Of a DNA stretch of 64,000 nucleotides, positions 1-8,524 are shown piece after piece. Numbering within the stretch: the stretch's first letter is position 1; each line of letters begins with the position of its first letter. The stretch covers positions 61,176 to 125,175 of the forward strand of contig LDXR01000008.1 in NCBI GenBank assembly GCA_001443495.1, given 5' to 3'. Both the position numbers and the translations under genes were made by a program. The DNA is from a candidate division NC10 bacterium CSP1-5. GTDB lineage: Bacteria; Methylomirabilota; Methylomirabilia; Methylomirabilales; CSP1-5. Under the pieces are notes generated by a model. It searched no databases. It saw only the letters and a list, made by a program, of their open reading frames with translations, and was not told the origin of the DNA.

Positions 1-378
1 GCGTATCTCGACGTGGGCAGAGCGCCGCTGAAGGCGCTCCGGGATCTCGGGATCACCGTGGGCCTCGGCACCGATTCGCTGGCGAGCGCCGAAAGCCTCA
101 GCCTCTGGGACGAGATCCGTTTTGCCCATCAGGCGCATGGCGGTCTGCTCTCCCCCGCAGAGTGGATCCGGATGGCGACCACGGGGGGCGCCCGGGCCCT
201 GGGTCTTGACCGCGAGATCGGGACCTTGGAGCCGGGGAAACGGGCCGATCTGACCGCCCTCGCCCTGGACGGACCGGAGGCTGACCTGTATGAGTTTCTG
301 CTGCACGAGGCGAGTGCAGCCAAGGTCTTGCTCACCACGGTGGACGGGAGACCGCGGTACGAGAGGGAGCCGTTGTGA
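1..378 (+). CDS. Amidohydrolase family protein, 5'-truncated by the window edge; probable aminodeoxyfutalosine deaminase
   Basis: GLGTDSLAS..SLSLWDE and ATTGGARALG..IGTLEPGKRADL amidohydrolase C-terminal motifs; overlaps the start of mqnA. Confidence 0.75.
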   Translation, partial: AYLDVGRAPLKALRDLGITVGLGTDSLASAESLSLWDEIRFAHQAHGGLLSPAEWIRMATTGGARALGLDREIGTLEPGKRADLTALALDGPEADLYEFLLHEASAAKVLLTTVDGRPRYEREPL

Positions 379-1196
379 GACGACCCCGGGTCGGCAAGGT
401 CCGCTATATCAACTGCGAGCCGGTCTATTCTGGGATCGAAGAGGGGGCCGTGGAGGCCGGCTGTGATCTGATCGAGGGGAGTCCGGCGGAGCTGAACCGC
501 ATGCTCGCGCGGGGTGACCTGGATGTCTCGGTGATCTCTTCGTTAGCCTATGCGCAGGCTCCAGCGGACTTCCGGCTCCTTGCGGACCTAGCGATCGCGT
601 GTGACGGCGCGGTGGGGAGCGTGCTCTGCGTGAGCCGACTGCCGCTTCAAAACTTGGATGGCGAACGCATCCTCGTCACCCCGGAATCCCTTACCTCGGT
701 CTATCTGCTCCGGCTCCTACTCCAGCGAAGCTACGGTGTCCGCCCGGTCTACCTTCGGGCGGAGGTCCCCGAGGAGTTTCCGGCGGAGGTCGCCGCGGGT
801 CTGTACATCGGGGATCCGGCGCTGCGGGCGGGACATGCGCGCCGATACCCTCATCAATTCGACCTGGGGCAGGGGTGGAAAGAGCTCACCGGCCTCCCAT
901 TCGTTTTTGCCCTCTGGGCGGTCCGGGAGGAGTTTTACCGGGCGAATCCCGAACGCACACGGCAACTGCATCGCGCGCTGCTCGCGTCGAAGGTGTATAG
1001 TCTGGGCCGGGCCGAGGCCCTCAGTGCCGCAGTCCATGGCCGGGTCGGCATCAGTGAGGAGGCCTGCCTGAACTATTTTCGCAAGCAGCTCTCCTTTGAC
1101 CTCACGCCGAGGCACCTGGAGGGGTTCGAACAGTTCCTCCAGAGCCCGGAACTCGATGGGCTCGTCAGCCGTCCGGTTCCCTGGCGGTTTGCGTAG
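375..1196 (+). CDS. mqnA: Chorismate dehydratase (futalosine menaquinone pathway)
   Basis: VGKVRYINCEP, GSPAELN, DGAVGSV, IGDPAL and DLGQGWKELTGLPFVFALW motifs. Confidence 0.85.
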   Translation: MRRPRVGKVRYINCEPVYSGIEEGAVEAGCDLIEGSPAELNRMLARGDLDVSVISSLAYAQAPADFRLLADLAIACDGAVGSVLCVSRLPLQNLDGERILVTPESLTSVYLLRLLLQRSYGVRPVYLRAEVPEEFPAEVAAGLYIGDPALRAGHARRYPHQFDLGQGWKELTGLPFVFALWAVREEFYRANPERTRQLHRALLASKVYSLGRAEALSAAVHGRVGISEEACLNYFRKQLSFDLTPRHLEGFEQFLQSPELDGLVSRPVPWRFA

Positions 1197-1201
1197 ATGG
1201 G

Positions 1202-1876
1202 ATGATAATCTCCGTGAGGCGGTCCGGCGGATCGAGGCATATAGATCTCCTCATCTTCGACCTGGACGGCACGTTGGCCGATACGCGGGCCGACCTCACT
1301 GCGGCAGTCAACCACACCCTGGAGAAGCTGGCACTTCCCCCACTCTCCATGGAGCAGGTCTGCCGGTACGTCGGCGATGGCCTGGAGACTCTCCTGAGCC
1401 GGGCGCTGGGACTACAGCACGGTGACCTTGTGGACAATGCGGTGCGGCTCTTTCGAGACTATTATGGACTGCACCTGCTCGATCGGACCCGCCTCTATCC
1501 CGGAGTCCGGGAGACCCTCGAGCATTTCCGCGGGAAGCGAAAGGCCATCGTGACCAACAAGCCGCTCGCCTTCAGCGAGCGCATCCTCGCAGGTCTCGAG
1601 ATCGAGAGCCACTTCGAGGTCATCCTGGGCGGGGACAGTACAGTTCAGCGCAAGCCGCATCCGGAGCCTGCTCTGAAGGTCCTGACCCTCACCGGAGTTG
1701 ATCCGCGGCTGGCGGCCATGGTCGGGGACAGCCCCGCTGATATCGAGATGGCAAGACAGGCTGGGCTTTATAGCGTCGGCGTGACGTACGGCCTGCGGTC
1801 CGCCGAGGAGGTTCGGGCGGCGGGACCTGATCTGCTGCTCGAGAGTCTGCCCGAGCTGCGGCACCATCTGCGCTGA
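1202..1876 (+). CDS. HAD-family hydrolase, phosphoglycolate phosphatase-like
   Basis: FDLDGTLAD motif I, VTNK, RKPHPEP, MVGDSPADI. Confidence 0.85.
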   Translation: MIISVRRSGGSRHIDLLIFDLDGTLADTRADLTAAVNHTLEKLALPPLSMEQVCRYVGDGLETLLSRALGLQHGDLVDNAVRLFRDYYGLHLLDRTRLYPGVRETLEHFRGKRKAIVTNKPLAFSERILAGLEIESHFEVILGGDSTVQRKPHPEPALKVLTLTGVDPRLAAMVGDSPADIEMARQAGLYSVGVTYGLRSAEEVRAAGPDLLLESLPELRHHLR

Positions 1877-1890
1877 CGACGACCGGTCGC

Positions 1891-2034
1891 GGTTCAGGGT
1901 TCAGAGTTCACGGTTCATGGACTTCGCGCCGAACCTCGAACCGTAAACCATGAACTGTTGACTATTAACTCTTAACTATCCGGCCTAAGCACTCGACTCT
2001 CAACCGTGAACCCTGAACTATGAACGATGAACGA
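1891..2034. repeat. Degenerate heptamer tandem repeats in inverted arrangement
   Basis: GGTTCAG GGTTCAG AGTTCAC GGTTCAT followed by TGAACCC TGAACTA TGAACGA TGAACGA; 7-nt periodicity. Confidence 0.85.
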
Positions 2035-2709
2035 TCTCAGATCTTGGAAAGACTCCAGGCGCAGGCTGACGAGCTGTTGGGGCAGACACCGACCCTCTTC
2101 GCCTACGGCATCGCCGATCCTGGTGAGTTTCCCGCCCTCAGGGATGTGCACTTGGCCGCCTATATGGAGCCCGGCCTTCCACCCGAGAGCTACTTTCACG
2201 TAGAGATTCGACTGGAGACGTTACTGGAAGAGGCGCTGGCGGTCCCTGCAGCCGGGGCGCGGATCCTGAACGGGGCACCCCTGACATTTCAGGGTGCCGT
2301 CCTGACGGCGGGCCGGGCCATTTACAGCCGCGACGAAGGGTCGCGAATCGCCTTTGAAGAGAGGGTACGGGCCCTCGGGGATCTTTCGTCTCCCGACCCG
2401 ATCAAGGAAGTGGCGGGCCGCTACGCTCTGCAATCGGCCATCACTTCGTGCCTCGCGGTCTGTCTCCATCTTGCCTCCGCGTTGAAGCTTCGCCCTCCCC
2501 GGGACTTCATCGATATTCCCGAGGTCCTGGCGGAGATCGGTCTGTTAGAGGGAGATGTGGCTCGGGAACTGGCCCGCCTGATCGGGATTCGCAATCAGCT
2601 CGTCCACGATCCTGCCGAGGGAGATCCCACGCTTTTCGAGGGGCTGCCCGGTCATCTGGCGAGTCTGGATCGTTTTGCCCACGCCGTCCGGGAGCGTCTC
2701 CAGAAGTAA
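2020..2709 (+). CDS. Fused minimal nucleotidyltransferase (MNT)-like and HEPN/DUF86 protein
   Basis: N-half resembles MntA (ILNGAPL..QGAVL..GRAIYSRDE); C-half resembles DUF86 (YALQSAI, GIRNQLVH Rx4H motif). Confidence 0.7.
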   Translation: MNDERSQILERLQAQADELLGQTPTLFAYGIADPGEFPALRDVHLAAYMEPGLPPESYFHVEIRLETLLEEALAVPAAGARILNGAPLTFQGAVLTAGRAIYSRDEGSRIAFEERVRALGDLSSPDPIKEVAGRYALQSAITSCLAVCLHLASALKLRPPRDFIDIPEVLAEIGLLEGDVARELARLIGIRNQLVHDPAEGDPTLFEGLPGHLASLDRFAHAVRERLQK

Positions 2710-2752
2710 CCCCAGGACGTACCAATTTCCGTAATTCGCCTCTCGGGTTCTC

Positions 2753-3181
2753 TCATCCCCTTCTGTGGCGGCACCAGGCGTACAGCGCGTCGTACAGGGG
2801 GAATTCGAGCCGCAGCTTCTCGTGATCATCCGGGCAAGAGAGATAGAACCCTTCGGCGATCGCCTTGAGTCCGGCGGCCTGCGGGACAATGTGTACGTCG
2901 GCTTCGATGTCGGCCCCGTGGACAATCTTGGCCAGCTCTCGGAGGGCGGGATCATCAAGCCGGTACTCCTCGATGAGGACTTCAAAGCTGCACTTGTTCC
3001 CTCGATGGGTGTAATCGGCCCCCGGCGTGTCAAATGATCTCCCTCCCCCCGTACGGGCGATCTCCAATACCTGCTCCTTCGGGACGAAGAGGAACTCTGC
3101 GTCCGGATCGATAAACTTCTTGATGAGCCACGGACAGGCCACTCGGTCAGTCTTTGCTCCCTCTCGCGTTACCCACTTCAC
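2753..3181 (-). CDS. Chromate resistance ChrB C-terminal domain protein
   Basis: KWVTR...DRVACPWLIKKFIDPDAEFLFV, FDTPGADYTH.G.KCSFE, LYDALYAWC. Confidence 0.85.
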   Translation of the reverse strand: MKWVTREGAKTDRVACPWLIKKFIDPDAEFLFVPKEQVLEIARTGGGRSFDTPGADYTHRGNKCSFEVLIEEYRLDDPALRELAKIVHGADIEADVHIVPQAAGLKAIAEGFYLSCPDDHEKLRLEFPLYDALYAWCRHRRG

Positions 3182-3566
3182 AATTGCTCCCCTCCTCTTC
3201 GGGTCTGCCCCATTTCTCCCGTCCCGCCCGGTCGATGCCTGTCCTAGTCTCCCGAGTCTTATGGCGCAATCAAATGCGTTCTCCTTCGGGGTGTCAAGGC
3301 CTTTCCCAGGGGCTGGTGGCCCGCTCGGGAGAAGGGGCCGAAGGGCGAGGCGTCAGCATCATGGCAGCTGCGCAGACTTCGCGAGGGAAGGTGGGTCCTC
3401 GGCGTTGAGGAGGGTTGAAGGAATTCGCTTGTCGGGATCGGCCATTTCTTGATAGCTTTCATGTCTCCGCGGGGCGGACAGGCCAGTGCGATACCCGAGG
3501 AGATGGCGAGGAGCCTTGAATCCTCGACGGCTCTAGGACAGTCTAGCGCTTGGGGGACCGAGAGTC

Positions 3567-4559
3567 GTGGTACCACAGCAATGGGAATCCAAGCTTCATT
3601 TTGGCCCCGCTTCGGGGGACAATGGCCCCTTCCCTCACCTGGCCGAGGACGTCCGAAGGGGCCTGACCCGGATCCCCAAGGAGCTGCCGCCGAAGTACTT
3701 CTATGACGCGCGAGGCTCAGCGCTGTTCGAGCAGATCTGCGAGCTGCCTGAGTACTACCTGACCCGCACAGAGCGCGCCTTACTCATCCAGATCGCCGGT
3801 GAAGTCGTTGCGTCCGTTCGGCCCGCCACCCTGGTTGAGTTCGGTTCGGGAAGCTGCCGCAAGACCCGCATCCTGCTCGACGCGATGGCGCGCCGTGAAC
3901 TCCTGGATTGTTACGTCCCGATCGACCTGAACGAAGATCTGCTCCGGCAGACGACGCAGACGCTCAACGAGGAATACCCCGGCTTGCGCGTCCAGGGGGT
4001 GATCGGTGACTTCGAACAACCGGTGGAGATCCTCCCGACCGGGGAACCCAGGCTGGTCGCTTTCCTGGGCAGCACCATCGGGAACCTCACCCACGATGGG
4101 GCCATCGGCTTTCTCCGCAATGTGGCTCGCCTGCTCGCTCCGGAGGATCGATTCCTGCTCGGCACGGACCTCGTCAAGGACGTGAGGGTTCTGGAGCGGG
4201 CGTACAATGATGCCGCCGGCGTCACCGCCGCCTTCAATCGGAACATTCTTTCCGTGATCAACGAGCACTTGGACGGCCATTTCGAGCCGAATCGCTTCGA
4301 GCATCTCGCCTTTTACAACAAAGAAGACTCGCGGATCGAAATGCATCTGGTCGCTCGTCAGTCACATCAGGTTTCCATCGATGCCATCGGACTCACGGTG
4401 GAGTTTGCGAGGGGTGAATCGATCCGGACGGAGATCAGCTGCAAATATACCCGGGCGATGGTTGAGGGGATGCTCGCAGAGGCCGGCCTTCGCTTGCTCC
4501 GATGGGATACGGACAAGGATCGCCTGTTTGCCCTTTCGCTTTCCACCCTCCTGCATTAA
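3567..4559 (+). CDS. egtD: L-histidine N-alpha-methyltransferase (hercynine synthesis)
   Basis: KELPPKYFYD.RGS.LFEQICELPEYYLTRTE, EFGSGS..KT, FLGSTIGN, AYNDAAGVTAAFN, IRTEISCKY. Confidence 0.93.
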   Translation: MVPQQWESKLHFGPASGDNGPFPHLAEDVRRGLTRIPKELPPKYFYDARGSALFEQICELPEYYLTRTERALLIQIAGEVVASVRPATLVEFGSGSCRKTRILLDAMARRELLDCYVPIDLNEDLLRQTTQTLNEEYPGLRVQGVIGDFEQPVEILPTGEPRLVAFLGSTIGNLTHDGAIGFLRNVARLLAPEDRFLLGTDLVKDVRVLERAYNDAAGVTAAFNRNILSVINEHLDGHFEPNRFEHLAFYNKEDSRIEMHLVARQSHQVSIDAIGLTVEFARGESIRTEISCKYTRAMVEGMLAEAGLRLLRWDTDKDRLFALSLSTLLH

Positions 4560-4658
4560 AATCATCGTCTCACGGTGCCTGTGGTCGTTTCGGTCTGCCC
4601 TCTCACAGAAATCACCCTGTGTCGGGGTGTTCAAGCGGTCCGAGACGTGGGGATGTGC

Positions 4659-5981
4659 ATGAGGGGACGCTCCGAGATCACTGCCGCCGAGCTGGCTAAA
4701 ATCTTGATCGATGCGCGTGCACGGACCCTCGCGCTGGTCTCGGATCTCACCGACGAGCAGTTGATGGGGCCTCGCCTGCCGACCGTGAACCCTTTGCTCT
4801 GGGAGATCGGGCACGTGTCCTGGTTCCAGGAGAAGTGGGTCTTGCGGCATCGCGGCAAGGAAAAACCCATTCGTGGGGATGGTGATGCGCTCTATGACTC
4901 GGGCCGTGTGCCCCATGACAGCCGGTGGGACCTGCCCCTTCCGTCAAGAAACGAAACCTTGGCGTACATGCAGCAGGTGATGAACCGGATCATCGAGCGG
5001 CTCGGTGCGATCGAGCTGGACCGGGAGGAGATGTACTTCCATTACCTGGCCGTCTTCCATGAAGACATGCACGATGAGGCGTTCACATATACGAGGCAGA
5101 CCCTGGGGTACCCACGCCCCCCCCTCACCGCCCTTCCCGAAGGGGCCCGTGATGGCCAGACCAGCGGCGGGCCGCTTTCGGGCGATGTGGAGATTCCCGG
5201 AGGGACGTTTCTCCTCGGGGCGACACCGGATATCCCCTTTGTCTTCGACAATGAAAAATGGGCCCATCCCGCCGTGATCCGGCCCTTTCGCATCGCGCGC
5301 GCGCCGGTCACCAACCTTGAATTCGCGGCCTTTGTGGAGGACAAAGGATATCTTAGGCGGGAGTGCTGGAATGATGAGGGGTGGTCGTGGCGCGAACAGG
5401 CCAGGGCCGAGCATCCGCTGTACTGGCATCGCGAGGCCGGGGGGCGTTGGTATCGTCGGCGCTATGACGAACTCGCTCCGCTGGAGGAACATCACCCCGT
5501 CATTCACGTCAACTGGTACGAGGCCGAGGCCTACTGTCGTTGGGCGGGCCGGCGACTGCCGACCGAGGCCGAGTGGGAAGTGGCGGCCAGCGGCGAGCCA
5601 TCGCCCGATCGCCGGACAGTCGCGGGACGCAAGCGGACCTTCCCGTGGGGCGAAGACCCGCCGTCGCCCGCAGTGGCCAACCTGGACGCCCACACCGGGG
5701 GGTGTATCGATGTCGGCGCCCTGGCCGCTGGCGAGAGCGCCTTTGGGTGTCGCCAGATGGTCGGCAACGTGTGGGAGTGGACGAACACCACCTTCGGACC
5801 CTACCCCGGCTTCGTGCCCGACCCCTACAAGGAGTATTCAGAGCCGTGGTTCGGAACGCGCAGGGTGCTGCGCGGGGGATGTTGGGCGACCCGCTCACGC
5901 CTCATCCGCAATACCTGGCGGAATTTCTATACACCCGACCGCCGTGACGTCCTGGCGGGCTTTCGCACCTGCGCACCCTGA
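4659..5981 (+). CDS. EgtB-family non-heme iron enzyme, selenoneine synthase SenA-like (DinB plus FGE-sulfatase domains)
   Basis: VNPLLWEIGH and FHEDMH metal ligands; RLPTEAEWE, GNVWEW, DPYKEYSEPWF, RNFY, GFR; ATG 4659 preferred to GTG 4575. Confidence 0.8.
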   Translation: MRGRSEITAAELAKILIDARARTLALVSDLTDEQLMGPRLPTVNPLLWEIGHVSWFQEKWVLRHRGKEKPIRGDGDALYDSGRVPHDSRWDLPLPSRNETLAYMQQVMNRIIERLGAIELDREEMYFHYLAVFHEDMHDEAFTYTRQTLGYPRPPLTALPEGARDGQTSGGPLSGDVEIPGGTFLLGATPDIPFVFDNEKWAHPAVIRPFRIARAPVTNLEFAAFVEDKGYLRRECWNDEGWSWREQARAEHPLYWHREAGGRWYRRRYDELAPLEEHHPVIHVNWYEAEAYCRWAGRRLPTEAEWEVAASGEPSPDRRTVAGRKRTFPWGEDPPSPAVANLDAHTGGCIDVGALAAGESAFGCRQMVGNVWEWTNTTFGPYPGFVPDPYKEYSEPWFGTRRVLRGGCWATRSRLIRNTWRNFYTPDRRDVLAGFRTCAP

Positions 5982-6029
5982 GGAGTTCGCCAGAGGCAGT
6001 CAGACAACGTTCGCACTTCTCGTTACTGG

Positions 6030-6761
6030 ATGACACAGATCGCGCTCGAAAAGGTCAGCAGGGTCTACGGCGACGAGAAGGCCCTTCAGGATATCGATCT
6101 CACCTTCACGGACGACGTGACCACCGCGGTCGTCGGCCCGAGCGGTAGCGGGAAATCGACGCTGCTGCAAGTAATCAACGGGCTGGTCAGGCCGAGCCAC
6201 GGCACGGTGTTCGTTTTCGGGGAGCCCATCGACTATGCGCGCCTGCCCGAACTTCGATTGCGGATCGGGTATGCGGTCCAGGGGACAGGGCTTTTTCCCC
6301 ATCTCACGGTTGAGGAAAACATCACACTCCTCGCGCGCCTGGTTAAATGGGACGCGGAGCAGGTCAAGGCCCGGACCGAGGAACTGATGCGGCTCGTAAA
6401 TCTGCCGCTCTCCTTCGCCCGGCGCTACCCGCACGAGCTGAGCGGAGGGCAGCAGCAGCGGGTGGGACTCTGTCGCGCCATGGTTTTGAATCCCCGGATC
6501 TTTCTCCTCGATGAGCCCTTCGGAGCCCTGGACCCTATCACGCGCAACGAAATCCAGCGGGAGTTTCTGCATCTGCAACAGATGGAGGCACGCACCATCG
6601 TGCTCGTCACCCACGACCTTCGAGAGGCACTGAAGCTGGCACAGCGTCTCGTCGTCCTGGACCGGGGGAGCCTGGTGCAACACGGCACCCGCAAGGAGAT
6701 CCTGGAGGATCCGGCCAACGGATTTGTTCGGAGTTTCTTTCAGTCCCAGCTCGAGCAGTGA
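6030..6761 (+). CDS. ABC transporter ATP-binding subunit, osmoprotectant/betaine family
   Basis: GPSGSGKST Walker A, LSGGQQQR signature, LLDEPFGALDP. Confidence 0.9.
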   Translation: MTQIALEKVSRVYGDEKALQDIDLTFTDDVTTAVVGPSGSGKSTLLQVINGLVRPSHGTVFVFGEPIDYARLPELRLRIGYAVQGTGLFPHLTVEENITLLARLVKWDAEQVKARTEELMRLVNLPLSFARRYPHELSGGQQQRVGLCRAMVLNPRIFLLDEPFGALDPITRNEIQREFLHLQQMEARTIVLVTHDLREALKLAQRLVVLDRGSLVQHGTRKEILEDPANGFVRSFFQSQLEQ

Positions 6762-6776
6762 CGCCGAGGGGTCAAG

Positions 6777-8273
6777 ATGCGCACCGCGGTCATCTCGCTG
6801 GTCACATTGCTCTCCCTGCTTCTAGGGCCCGATACCGCAGGAGGGCAGACGGTCGTGGTGGGTTCCAAGCATTTCAACGAGGGGTACATCTTGGCCGAGA
6901 TCAGCGCGCAACTCCTCGAGGATCGAGGGTTCCGGGTCGAGCGAAAGTTCGGTCTGGGGGGAACGCTGGTCTGTTTCGAGGCGCTCAAGAATGGCGAGAT
7001 CGACCTCTACCCAGAATATTCCGGGACACTCGAACAGGCGATCCTCAAGTTGCCCCATCGGGTCTCGCACAGGGAACTCCGGGAGATCCTCAGGCGCCGG
7101 TTTGACCTGGACCTGCTGGAGTCCTTCGGATTCAGCAACACCTATGCGATCGCGGTCAGCAGAGGCCTCGCCCGGGAGCGGGGGTTGAAGACGATCAGCG
7201 ACCTGGCCAAACTTCCGAACCTCCGTGTCGGCTTCAGCCATGAATTTCTCAATCGCCAGGATGGTTGGCCCGGGCTGGCGCGGACGTACGGACTCCCCGC
7301 GCGGCCCGTGGGGATCGAACACGGGCTGGCCTATCACGCGATCCGGGAAAAGAGGCTCGACGTCACGGATGTCTACTCCACGGATGGCGACATCAAGAAG
7401 TTCGATCTCGTCCTCTTGGAGGATGACCGACGCTACTTTCCTGAATACCTGGCTGCACTCCTGGTCCGGAGTGGACTGGATGAGCAGATCAAGCGCATCC
7501 TCGGCGAACTGGCAGGCACCATCACCGCGGCTGAGATGCAAGGGCTCAATGGGCAGGTCCTCCTCGAGCGCAAGAGCTTTGCCGAAGTCGCCCAGCAATT
7601 CTTGCGCGAGGAAGGTCTGCTCCGAAGTCAAGGAACGGCCCTTTTAGGGAGCAGATGGGGGACCCTGCTTTTTCGGGCGGCGACCCATATCGAGCTTACG
7701 CTGATCGCCCTCGTCGCGGGTATGGCGGTGGCGATCCCCGGCGGCATAATGATCTACCGACTCCGTGCCATCTCGAAGCCGGTCGTTTACCTCGCCGGAT
7801 TGCTACAGACCATCCCCTCCATCGCCCTGCTCGCGTTCATGATTCCCTTTTTCGGCATCGGGGCGACACCGGCCATCGTGGCCCTGTTTCTCTACGCCCT
7901 GCTCCCGATCCTGCGAAACACCGCCGCGGCGCTCTTTTCGATAGATCCGGTCCTGAAAAGAGTCTCGGTTGGGATGGGGCTTACCGCATGGCAGCGTCTG
8001 CGGTACGTCGAACTACCCTTGGCCGCCCCCACAATCCTGGCCGGCATCAAGACCGCCGCTGTCATCAACATCGGCACGGCCACGTTGGCTGCCTTCATCG
8101 GCGCAGGGGGGCTGGGCGAGCCGATCGTGACCGGGCTGGCGCTGAACGATACCGCCCTGATTCTTGAGGGGGCGGTTCCGGCCGCCCTGCTGGCGGTCGT
8201 GACCGAATGGGGTTTCGAGGGGCTGGAGAAGCTGTTGATCCCCAAACACCTGCTGCAAAAGCCCGCTGAATAG
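6777..8273 (+). CDS. Fused substrate-binding protein and permease, glycine-betaine/ergothioneine-type ABC importer
   Basis: Signal peptide; VVVGSKHFNE, YPEYSGT, NTYAI, DVYSTD; C-terminal QTIPSIALL and VINIGTATLAAFIGAGGLG permease motifs. Confidence 0.88.
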   Translation: MRTAVISLVTLLSLLLGPDTAGGQTVVVGSKHFNEGYILAEISAQLLEDRGFRVERKFGLGGTLVCFEALKNGEIDLYPEYSGTLEQAILKLPHRVSHRELREILRRRFDLDLLESFGFSNTYAIAVSRGLARERGLKTISDLAKLPNLRVGFSHEFLNRQDGWPGLARTYGLPARPVGIEHGLAYHAIREKRLDVTDVYSTDGDIKKFDLVLLEDDRRYFPEYLAALLVRSGLDEQIKRILGELAGTITAAEMQGLNGQVLLERKSFAEVAQQFLREEGLLRSQGTALLGSRWGTLLFRAATHIELTLIALVAGMAVAIPGGIMIYRLRAISKPVVYLAGLLQTIPSIALLAFMIPFFGIGATPAIVALFLYALLPILRNTAAALFSIDPVLKRVSVGMGLTAWQRLRYVELPLAAPTILAGIKTAAVINIGTATLAAFIGAGGLGEPIVTGLALNDTALILEGAVPAALLAVVTEWGFEGLEKLLIPKHLLQKPAE

Positions 8274-8449
8274 AGATCTGGCGCGGTGGCGTTTCTTGTT
8301 CGCCTCAGACGTCTCTGCCAGGCCGAGCTGTGTCGCTGTACAATGAATGCCAGTGGGCTATCAAGCGTTGCCCGCGTTATGAAGCAAAAGGCCGGCTCAA
8401 TTAGGCGCAAGGTCATGATTTGCAGGGCTAATTGTTGTGCCGGGCCTTA

Positions 8450-8465
8450 TGGCACACTCCTTGCT
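8450..8465 (+). promoter_or_regulatory. Sigma54 (-24/-12) promoter
   Basis: TGGCAC-ACTCC-TTGCT matches TGGCAC-N5-TTGCW, 60 nt upstream of the 8525 ATG. Confidence 0.65.
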
Positions 8466-8524
8466 AGGCTCCGTAGTGGTTGTCCTCACTTCATCACGTC
8501 TAGGCAAAGAACTGGAAGGGGAAG

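Noticed and set aside
1891-2034. CRISPR array, here or at the other repeat clusters
   Set aside because: Units are 7 nt, tandem and degenerate, with no unique spacers; no cas genes in the window
3182-3566. Short ORFs or a regulatory RNA between chrB and egtD
   Set aside because: No recognisable motif, convincing gene or clear structure
4575-5981. Formylglycine-generating enzyme
   Set aside because: Has an N-terminal DinB domain with three His ligands, lacks the FGE catalytic Cys pair and follows egtD
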